Of a stretch of DNA of 64,000 nucleotides, positions 53,021-64,000 are shown piece by piece. Source of the stretch: Octopus sinensis (taxonomy: Eukaryota). The notes under the pieces were generated by a model. That model worked only from the letters and a program-made list of their open reading frames with translations, did no database searches and was not told the DNA's origin. The position numbers and the translations under genes are program-made. The stretch lies in NCBI RefSeq assembly GCF_006345805.1, contig NC_042999.1:138198001-138262000 (forward strand), read 5' to 3'. Numbering within the stretch: position 1 is the stretch's first letter; each line of letters begins with the position of its first letter.

Positions 53021-55739
53021 GGTATAGGCTATCAGAAATATACACACACAGACACACACATGCCACATTTAAGTTTACTCTTATATTTTCAATCATGATA
53101 GTTCAAATAATTTCCTTGATTTTAGTTTGCAAATTATATTACACAGGACCCCGCCCACTCAACCATATTCATATATTCAGAGTCACACGCACACACTTTA
53201 CTCGTGTTTATTTACATACAATACACAATAAATATTGTATAAATACATAAAAGAGCAAGCGTTAGTCATAGCAAGAAACAAATAAAACAAGAAGGAAAAA
53301 AACCCACTCATACACACATGACATTGCATACAAAATCTCTCTTTTCTTTCTTTCATATACACAGCCACATGAACAAAATATATCTTAAAGTTTTTGTTAA
53401 ACGTTTTCTTTCTAACAATATTCATCCACACCTTTATACTCCTGGCTCCCATAAATATCTTGTTGAAATAGAAACCAGTTTTCGAATTTACTTCACGCTT
53501 TTGTTCTTTTGGGATCTTTTAATAATAACAACAACAACTACAACTACAACTACTACTACTACTACTACTGCTACTGCTGCTGCTGCCACTATTACAATTG
53601 CCTTAACCACCAGCTACTGCTGCTCTTTACCGACTACCACCACCTTTTTTTTTTATATATTTTTCATTGCGTCTAAGGAGTCCTTACATACCACCTATCC
53701 GTCTTCCCCTAATATACATGCTACAATCCCATCACTCCCTACATTAACACCTGTTCTGAAGAAGTAGTAAGACTGGGCGCTATATAGAAGAAAATGACAT
53801 CAGTTCTTAAACTACACACAAACACATACATGTGTACGAGTTCTCAAACTTTAGTTAAGGTGATGTGCTTATAAAATAGAGCGAGACGAAACAACTTTGA
53901 TAATCTTATCCATGTAATTGGTGAACAAAATGTTCTACTAAGAGTGTCCAAAACCTAAAAGCTACCAAATAATAAGACAACTCCTATAAAATCAATCAAC
54001 TGAAATCTTTGTAAAATATAGATGGCAGTGAATCTGGCTTATAAAATCAAGTAGTGGAAGCAACGGATGTGTTTAGGTATTATTAGATCTCTTAAGTGAA
54101 ACATATTCTTTCCTCGATTGGCAAAAGAATGAGGTGTGAATATTTAGAATGATCAATAAGGGTATAGGTAGCGACCGATATAAATATCATTTGGCTGATG
54201 GGAATTATCTCAGTGAATGTCTTGAATGCATTGCCTTTATAGCATATCAGTAGCCTTCGTCAATTATCTTAAAAACCAGAGCCACTCCTCTACTACATTT
54301 CCCAAACATTATTCAGCCACACTTTTGGTTTCATTTGTGTCAAAAGTACACAAAAACCTAAAGGAATCACCGTGATCCTACTCTTCGTCACCAGTACTGA
54401 TGCTATCATTGTGAGAGAAGTAGGTGAGCCTGTAAGGATTGTATACATTAAAGTATGATGACTTCAGAGGAAGGTGAAGTGAGATAGATGTCATCAATGC
54501 AGGAAGTGAGATAGAAAAACAACTATTGTCATATGACGGAGATTCAGGGAATGGTAGAAGAAGCAGATCAGCTTGAGCCTGAGAACTAGAAGTGCGGTTG
54601 AAATTAAGGTGTGAAAAGTGGTAGAGAGGTTGGACTAAGAGTGCTGAGAAAGTGGCGGTATTAGTGTTAAAAATATAATATAAAGCTGTGCATTTCAAAT
54701 CTGCCCAACCTATGCAAACATGGAAAAATGAACGTAAAACAGATTATGATGATAATTGTTATTAGTTAGTTCTTATTTTCTTCTAACCTACATTCAGTCC
54801 TATAGTTTACTTATCTCTTTTGACAAGTGATACCAATCAAACTGTCTGGCTTGCTCTTTTAGCGTCTCAAAAACTGTCTGAATAATTAAAGAAGGAAGTT
54901 GAAAATGGAAAACAGATGTTTTCTCCATCCTACTCTATCTGTTTTGAACCATTTAATTGTGTGTGTTATGTGTGCGCGCGTACACACACACACACACACA
55001 TACAGTTAATCCTCCTCAAATTGGTAGTCAACAGCATATTGCTATATTTATACATTTTTTAAAGACTTGATTCTCTATTCTATATACTGTATATTACAGT
55101 TACGAAATATCGTTATTTCACGGCACGGGAGACATTGCAGTACGGAAGACGTACACTGATTTTGGAAATACAAGTCTAGGAAAATTTTCTTTTCATATTT
55201 TCCAAAGTCCGCCCACACAATCGGTCAGTGCCTGCGGATACACAATAAATGTCTGTTACGAGACAGGCATTTTATACGTAGACACTGGGGGATGCTAAAG
55301 AAAAAAATTATAAAAAAAGAAGGGCAGCACAAGAGCAGTGTGGCTGCAGCAAAATATTTTAAATTATTCTTTTTTATTTATTCAGTTATTGTGCGCGTAT
55401 TTATATCAACAATATTAGTTAAATCAGCTGCTTTATAATATAAAAAATATTTGCAATTGTTAAGCAATAAACCAGCAATTCTTTGTAAGGGACTGACCTT
55501 AGTTAACCTCAGCAATTCTTTGTAAGGGATTGACCTTAGTTAACCTCAAGAAAACCACGGAGACGTATGGTCATATCCAAGGTAATTTTTTTGTTTGTTG
55601 AAAAAATTACGTTTTCCATACTGCCAAATACAGTATTTATATACATGTAGGCTACATGTTCATATATTAGTGTATGAACATGTAAACTATGCTTTTCTGA
55701 CGTTATTCTTGAACCTAAGGTCAATAGCGATCAAGGAAA

Positions 55740-55930
55740 GGCGGCGAGCTAGCAGAAACGTTAGCGGTATTTCGTTTGTTTTTATGTTCTGAGCTCAAAT
55801 TCCGCCGAGGTCGACTTTGCCTTTCATCCTTTAGGTCGATAAATTAAGTATCAGTTGCATACTGGGGTCGATCTAATAAACTGGCCCCTCCCCCAAAATT
55901 TTGGGCCTTGTGTCTAGAGTAGAAAAGAAT
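55740..55930 (+). mobile_element. SINE family B copy with an internal deletion
   Basis: GGCGGCGAGCTAGCAGAAACGTTAGC-GGTATTTCG...CCGCCGAGGTCGACTTTGCCTTTCATCC. Confidence 0.85.
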
Positions 55931-57072
55931 ATCGATCAAGGAGATGCATAATTAAAGGAGTTCGAATGGGCTCATCATCTGTTTTGTAGAATATAGGACT
56001 AAAGGACTACACTGTTTGTTTAGTGGACAAACACTCATTATTTAAGGTATCCAGAAAAAAAACAAAACAAAGGAAAAAATGGGTGCGATTTGAGGGAAAC
56101 TGGTTACGATATCCTGTCGGTCGACTGTTTTAGAGAGTCTTTCTTTGATTCGTAAGTTTCTTTTTATAAACATTTGTAACACCACAATAATTTGCTTTCC
56201 TTATAATTTAGAAACGATTATTTCAGAATTCATTTCCTTTTAGTAAAAGATTTAAAGTTAATATTTAAATTTTCAAAGGATTTTTTATTCTTCAAGCGTA
56301 TAAAGATGACTTACTGCAAAGGGAACATATCTATCAATTTATATGGATTTTGTAGCAGAATGTTTATGAGAAAACTAAAATTAAGATAATGATTTATTTA
56401 GGAGAGAACAATTTAGTTAGTTAACAAGGTGGACAGTGTTACACGAATACGTACAGTCGGATAAATATACCAAAGTATGGAGTTGTAGTGTCCACAATAC
56501 CTAGGAGTGTTATACTAATTCTACTGTACACTATATTTTTATCTGCTTTACACAGACCTTGATCAACAAGCTTATGTGAAGACGTTACCAAATGAGAAAT
56601 AAAAAGTAATTGATACTAAATAATTTCACTCTCACACGAATTCATTCTCTCTCTTACACACATAACTAACTACATGCCTGTGGCACAGTATGCATCATCA
56701 ATAATATACAGTGTATTTATAACAAACATCAACTATTTTAAAGCCGGTTATGCAGCAGATAACCCATATTTATGTACGTGTATGCGTACCTGTACCTGGT
56801 ATTAATTGTCAAAAGACCTAAGTAAAATATAGAACTGGTTAGAGGTTTTAAACAACAAATAATTAGTCATCATCATCATGATTCTTCATTTGACAATAGA
56901 ATCATAGTTTATATGTGGACGTTTAAATAGATTAATAGAGGCGAGAAGGATTGACAACACATCTGCATCCCATCTTTTAACTTCCTTTCTTCATTAAGAC
57001 GTTATGGAGATGCTTCCTCGCCGTTGTCAGCACAAGCTAGGAACTTTATCTGATAACACACACACACACACA

Positions 57073-57122
<50 letters not shown>

Positions 57123-59236
57123 ACACGTACAATTTAGTATCTAATTATCATCGCGGGCGCGTGTAAATTATTTAGAAGTTGGGTTTTTGTGAAGCGTTCC
57201 AAACTTTACATAAAATTGAGTTGGAACTTTTGGTAAAATATTTATTTTATATATGAACAGAAGACGACATGATAGGGTAGATACTGGAGAGACTGCTGAG
57301 AAATTGTCTGTTCATATCCTCTTCGAAGTATCTCACTGTACCAATCTTTGGTCAGTAAACCTAACTATTCTTTCGAATGGCTCTGTCCACCCGGTCGTAA
57401 ATAGGTTCCATCAAGAAGAAATAAGTTAGCTGTAGAGTTGAAAATTTCGCATAGAGAGAAGGGGACGGAGGAACAGTGACAGAGAATGTGTGGAGGAGTG
57501 TTACAGAGGAAGAGAAGCAAATGAGGGGGAGAAATGAGGAACAGGAGAGAGTGAGAGTGAAGATTATAGTAGAGTGATTCATCATTATCAACAACCATCA
57601 TCACTGTGATCCTGTAATAGCGATTAATATTTGTTTGTGCTGTGCTGTCACATTTATGACATTCAGAAGAGGAAAGGTGGGAGGGGGAGGGGGAGGAACG
57701 CCACCGCTGGTCTTAGATAACAAATTGCTATCACCAGCACTACCAGCCAATGCTTGTTGATAAGGAACAATAATAACAGGTGTGTCTATTTAAACAGACC
57801 TTGAGCCGCTGTTTCCGCTGCCAGCTCCTAATTAATGGGCTGCTGTCTTCGTTTCCCAACAATAACACACATAACTGGGGAAACTGGACCGATATTCACT
57901 TAAATCCAGGCCACACTGAATTCGAGAACAAGTTTGATTTTCTTTTTTTTTTTTTTTAGCTTCCCTCTTCTCTGATGTATGTGCATACACGACTATATAC
58001 ACATGTCCATTAGCATTTCAGCTTGTGTGTGTGTATATACCGAAAGAATGTGGTGTAGTTATTTAATAAATGTACTCTGTATGTTCACTGGTTAGTGTGC
58101 ACACACATAGAAACTTGAATATTTTCCTCACTAGTCATTCAAACGTCCGATTTCTCAATTAGTAGCTTGACCAAGTGAATTGAATTTGAGTTCACTACTA
58201 GTACTCATATCAAGCCAAGTGAAATCTAAACCTAGAACTTGGAGGAATGTGGGTGCTAGTAATACTTGATGCAAGAAAGTAAGGAAATCGTGATTTATGT
58301 TTTTGGCTTACTACATCAAGTATGTTAGTGTCCACTTTACTATTAGAGTTTTATGCAATAGGCGTTCCTGAGTAGTTTTCATCTTTTAAATATAAAAGGT
58401 AACACGTATAGCATATTTAATTGTTTCAGTAAACTTTGCTCTTGTTTATATTTGAATAGATTGTATACAATTTAGTCTGAATTCATTAATAACTGTATAG
58501 ATACATCGGAGTTGTAAATAGGTGTGTGTTGTGCCACAGTGTTGTGTACAATAGTGGTATACTTTACATATTTGTACAGAATGTTGTTGAACATAAAATT
58601 TGAATATTATTTATTAAACTGAAAATAATTATCACTGACAGAAAACAAGATACAGCGAAGAAAATGTGAAATGTTAATAGGTAGCTCAGAAAATGTATAA
58701 TACACAGGGAATATACTGTGTGTCAGTAATATATAAGTGTGTGCGTATGAAGCAGGGATATAATATAGGTGTTGAAATGAGGTGTGTTGAATACTATGAC
58801 AAAATGATTAGAAGAAACAGTTCATAACCTAAATGCCAGATGTTTAAATGATAAATATATTATTTTGTAAATGGTGCAGAATAAAGAGAAAGGACTTTGA
58901 CAAAATGTGCAGTAGATAAGGGTACTGAGACATGTGCCAAATATACTTCCTTAGTGTAAGCATGCTTAATGTAGAAAGGTGTGTGGGGGTGTGTGTAGTT
59001 ATTGTTATGGCTGTTCTGCTCAGAGTAAATCTTGATCGAACAGACGTATGATCAAGACTATTCCAGCAGTAACCATCCTGTTCTTTTTATGCTTTTTTGG
59101 TATCTATGACTACTTTTTATGTAATGTTTCTCCTAAAGACACTAGAGTTTTATTTGAAAAAGATTTTGTTGCTATTTCAAGCAGGTCGTGTGTGTGTGTG
59201 TGATGCAATGTGAACTGTAACAGAAATGTAGCTTAC

Positions 59237-59623
59237 CGATAAATTCAATGGCTTTCGGGAAAAATATAGACAAATTTTGAGACCAGTGATCATTGATGGG
59301 AATCTGCATATATTTAAAAGAATCGTCTTTTTCGAACATATTTGGCATGTTGGCAGTTACATTAAGAATATACTTGATGCCGTTTTGTTTCAAAAGTGAA
59401 AGCTCTTGTGAGTTCTTAGCATTGCCCAGAAAAAGATTCGGTAAGACTTGAACTGGTAATGGCGATGTATCCGACGGACTTGTATCCGATTCTTCATCTT
59501 GAAGATTATATGACGATTCGCTTGACAGAGATAGATTTCTGAGGCCAATAATGGTAGACTCGGTTTCCGAATCTAAGAAAGCACTGAGTTCAGGATATCT
59601 TTGTTCAAACGTCGAAAAACCAC
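59237..59623 (-). CDS. DUSP7: DUSP6/7 (MKP3-type) dual-specificity MAPK phosphatase, internal exon
   Basis: ctcttccag|GT GGT TTT ... ATC G|gtaagc. Encodes GFSTFEQRYPELSAFLDSETESTIIGLRNLSLSS...TSPSDTSPLPVQVLPNLFLGNAKNSQELSLLKQNGIKYILNVTANMPNMFEKDDSFKYMQIPINDHWSQNLSIFFPKAIEFI. Matches vertebrate DUSP6/7 exon 2, including phase-1 boundaries. The DUSP6/7/9 paralogues cannot be told apart for an invertebrate gene. Confidence 0.92.
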
Positions 59624-60559
59624 CTGGAAGAGAGAAAGAAGAAAAGTCCCAAAATTATAGATTCCATGGAAAAATATAGGTGCTGTGAAGGTCGTTTTAA
59701 ATTAAATTTCAAGTTAATGAGAACACGTGATCTGAAACTGAACTTCCACAATTTCAAGTTCTCTTAGATTTCCCACTTGACTTAGTTTCAGCCCAAAACA
59801 ATCGTCACAGTAAGATTTAATATAGACTATATACACAAATTAGATTATGCTGTACACAGTAAGCTCTGAAGTGTAATATAGAATGAATCTATGCTGCTTT
59901 TAGTGAAAATTAATACTATATTCAGTGTGCAATAGACGCTGTATAAGAGCGTATGCACCTGGGCGAGAGAACACGCTTAACAAAGTAGAATCAGAATAAG
60001 CTAACCAGACATTGATTTTGAACCGGTCCCAAAGAGACTTCATGATGATGTATGTTTATATAAAACCAAAAAGAATAAACTTTTCGTTAGCATTTACTAA
60101 CCATTAAGCACACCAACGAGTAAGCAAGCATTCATTAACCACTTAGCTTATTTCTGAACAATTTTCTTTGTAGAAATTACAGCATATTACAGGTTAGCGT
60201 TATAAATCGAAAATTTTACAAAACCCCTTAAGCAATGGTTTGCACAATATATTCTCACAAGCTGAGAACACCATAGCAACGTTGGTGTTCAGCAGCAGGA
60301 AAAAGAAGCAAAATTTATTTACATTTACTGAATACTGGAATTTTCCAGGAAAATTAAATAGAAGTGGAGAGAAAAAGATAGAAAGAAAGAAGAATCCAAT
60401 AGCCCAAGTGTGAAAGATATGTTCTGTTTATTAGAATGATGAGAGGATATCGAAAACAGGAAATATAACGAAAATGAATGGCGTTTAACAAAAAGGGTTG
60501 TAATAAAGAGAAAGAGGACATAGATCTCTATATCACACCCTCATCCATATATATACAGT

Positions 60560-60602
<43 letters not shown>

Positions 60603-61239
60603 AGGAATAAAAAAAATGTTACTCGTGAGGAGTGACAATTCAGTGACATAAAAATGCCAAATATGGACAAAGGCCATCAAATGAAACGTTTTTAATTATT
60701 TCACAATTATTTGAAAGTCTTCTTGAATAAAAGAAAAAGAAAAGCACAAGGGTAACGTACTAACAGCAATAAATAGAAATACTAAAATGATCGCCAGTTT
60801 TATAAAAGCAAATATAAACGAAAACAAGAAAAAGTAACAAAAACGAATGAATAAAGACTGCCATTTTGATTTCCATTATTATTTCCTTAGAATAAGGATA
60901 CCTTCTGCACCAAACCTACCCCATTCTCATTGCCCTTTGGAAACAGTTTGCAGCTGCCACCTTTCAGGAATCTTGACAGTCATCAAATCAACGAAACCCT
61001 ATGAAAAGCTACGTTGGCATACATAACAAAACAAATACGCTTTTATATTTGGATCAGAACAAATATTTATAATTGTTATGCTTTTAAATCTATCCGGAAC
61101 TTTAATTTTCTGATGTTGTATGCAAAATGTCATTTCAATACGCCACAATTTTGCAATATAAAATAGAATGTAAATATATATAATCGGGTTTCTTTCCTAT
61201 GTTTTCATATTTATTCTTTCCGTATTTAACTCCTTCCTC

Positions 61240-61484
61240 TCCATATATATATAATACATACATACATACATACATATACATACATACATACATACATACA
61301 TATACATACATACATACATATATATATATATAATATATATATATAATATATATATATATAATACATACATACATATATTATTTTTATTACATTCCTTACC
61401 TTATGTATGTATATATATGTATATATATATATATATATTATATATATATATATATATATGTATATACATATATTATATATATAC

Positions 61485-61521
<37 letters not shown>

Positions 61522-61542
61522 GTATATACATATATATATATA

Positions 61543-61586
<44 letters not shown>

Positions 61587-61619
61587 GCATACACATATAC
61601 ATACATCATAAGTTATATA

Positions 61620-61708
<89 letters not shown>

Positions 61709-61790
61709 GCATACACATATACATACATCATAAGTAAGGAATATAAAATATATACAATACATATCAAATGCAAACATCTGATATAGAACT
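61240..61790. repeat. Compound (TA)n/(TACA)n microsatellite
   Basis: Directly visible. Confidence 0.9.
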
Positions 61791-63534
61791 CAATACGTTG
61801 AATAAAGTAGATAGACATAACAAAAGATGACAGTCTACTCGACTTTCGCTGGCTTCAAAGTAAGGAGACCTGTTCGTGATCATCCAGCAGGTTCTTATAT
61901 TACTGTCGTCCATAAAGAAGGCCAAAATAAACATCGGTTGCATTGGAACTCGAAACGTAAAAACTGTAAGGCACGCTATTTCATCCTTTTGATTCTGCCA
62001 TTCAGCGCCACTCGTAATAATTCGAAGGTAATTTACACAGGTTGTCATCTAGAGTAAATGACGACCTAGGTGATTCACATTGGGACAATATCACCAACAC
62101 CAATAACAGCAAATGTGTACATGCAGAAAGTATGTGTACATACAGAAGGTAAATGTCAATATTGAGCTGAACGCGAAGCAGACACATTTCCAAGCAAGGA
62201 TGACATTATTCATCGCTATTTTCAAGCAGCCTGCTCGGAGACACTTTGTTCAAGATCGCTTATTGTGGCATAGTGCTGTGTACACTGTGGCATAGTGCTG
62301 TGTACACTCAATATCAGAAATTATTAGAGAACCTAAAGACAGAAAAGATGCCGGAAACCTAGAGCCCCATCGAATCCTGACTCTGCTATGACGTGCCTCA
62401 AGCCACTCCCTTAAAGAGAATGAACTACGGACGGTAGATCGATATATCTATTGTACTTAGTAACAACTTGCATGTACCCCACCACCTAACCAATGGAAAT
62501 TACATATAGGCATAGACCGCTGAAGTTCAACCGTCAGAGTTGTTAACATTCCATGAGCTCAACTGGAATAAAGTCATCTCTTAAAACACGCTTTTGATCT
62601 TTTGTTGCAACCCAGCGTTGTTGCTAATGGTCACACGAAATTTCTTATTCCATCTTACCACTATGTCTGAGAATGTTTACTTAAGCAACATCGCACTACA
62701 CCTGTGTTTCAAGACAAGCATTGCAAGAGAATCACAAGTTAATAATCTTTTGACCTACACGCACTGTTTGGGATTGTGTTAATAATTCTATACTTCTAAA
62801 ACGACACAATTTTGTTGGAGAGGAGAATTATAATTCAATTGAATCAAACTTTTTGCATTACTGGTATTATTTCATTGATCCTGAAGAGGAAGAAAAACAG
62901 AGTAATCCCTGGAGAGATTTGGATTTAAAACTTGAGGGGATGTGTCTAAGTACCAAAATACATTTTTACCATATCCTTTGATTAGAAGTTTTATCAGGCT
63001 TTTTTTTATCGATTCAGAGTAACATTTTAGCCAGTGTTTGTTGTTTGCATGCTTTGAGTCTTCCGAGTCAGCACAAATATGCTATATTTTCAACAAAGAG
63101 GCACCAAGATATTTTAGACAAACATGCTTCACCTAATAATACAAGTAAAGCAATTCAAGTGAAATGAACTCAGCTGAAAACTGAAAATCTTTCGCGGTTT
63201 CGTTTAGTTTCTTCGAAGCTTAATTTTTTGATAGATGGCGTGCACCATTGACTGTTTTGCGAAGGAGTATCATCATGTGCTCGTACCTTAAGTTGAACAG
63301 ATTTATAATTGTCTCACGCTCTGAACATATTTTACAGTAATTTTTTTTTTAATGACTTACACATAGAAACAAAATATCTAAACTGTGCTATCTGATCTAA
63401 AGTTTACCTTGGCCTACCTTTGATTTCATAATCAAAGTTATGTCATATCTTCTTGGCGACTTATTTTATCACTCGTGTTTTCTATTCACTTCTTTTCATC
63501 ATCACCATCATCATCAACAACACAGATTATTAGC

Positions 63535-63701
63535 TATATATATACATATATATTATACATATATATATGTACATAAATATATACATATATATATATATTA
63601 TATATATATATATATTATATACATATATACATATATATATAATACATATATATATATATATATATATACATATATACACATATATATACATAATACACGA
63701 G

Positions 63702-63741
<40 letters not shown>

Positions 63742-63756
63742 TATATATATATACCC

Positions 63757-63807
<51 letters not shown>

Positions 63808-63830
63808 ATATATATATATTACTATTTAAT
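63535..63830. repeat. Compound (TA)n/(CA)n microsatellite
   Basis: Directly visible. Confidence 0.9.
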
Positions 63831-64000
63831 TAATCTAGAAATATTAATATGTGTTACTATTGTGCTTACAATAGATATTTCTCCCTTTCTCTCCTTTCTT
63901 AGTTACCGTACATATATGCATGTGCCTATACGAATGCAAGTGTTGTGGGTCTACTAGAATGTGTATTGGGATAGGCACAGTCAAAATAGCCTCTTCTCTT

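Noticed and set aside
55473-55548. Short tandem duplications (37 bp here; 22 bp near 62263-62308)
   Set aside because: Two-copy slippage products with no array or spacer structure; not CRISPR-like
61900-62560. RTE endonuclease relic (IGTRNVKTV)
   Set aside because: A single short motif with no corroborating downstream motifs
59624-64000. First (rhodanese/KIM) exon of the DUSP gene
   Set aside because: No minus-strand frame with recognisable CH2/KIM motifs and a phase-1 donor; it probably lies beyond the window

Overview
AT-rich, microsatellite-dense animal genomic DNA. The SINE families and repeat landscape look like Octopus (inference). The only recognisable host gene is the 3' part of a DUSP6/7 (MKP3-type) MAPK phosphatase on the minus strand: an internal exon at 59237-59623 and a terminal exon that is present twice in tandem (47184-47542 and 47921-48279). 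Its first exon appears to lie beyond the right edge of the window. The rest is transposon-derived: a Chapaev-like DNA transposon with both ends and TTA target duplications, Tc1/mariner relics, a near full-length CR1-type LINE plus CR1 3' fragments, R4/Dong-type fragments, a Penelope-like (RT + GIY-YIG) element, a Helitron-like non-autonomous element and at least three tRNA-derived SINE families. There is a 100-N gap at 33791-33890. The most unusual signal is a set of minimal type I hammerhead-ribozyme folds with palindromic stem III, found in unrelated repeats. These include a 397-nt retrozyme-like unit whose duplication starts at its predicted cleavage site (22123-22693), a tRNA-headed SINE carrying a hammerhead (14475-14715) and an inverted hammerhead pair (33891-34607). 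All folds and alignments were made by eye and none was computed.
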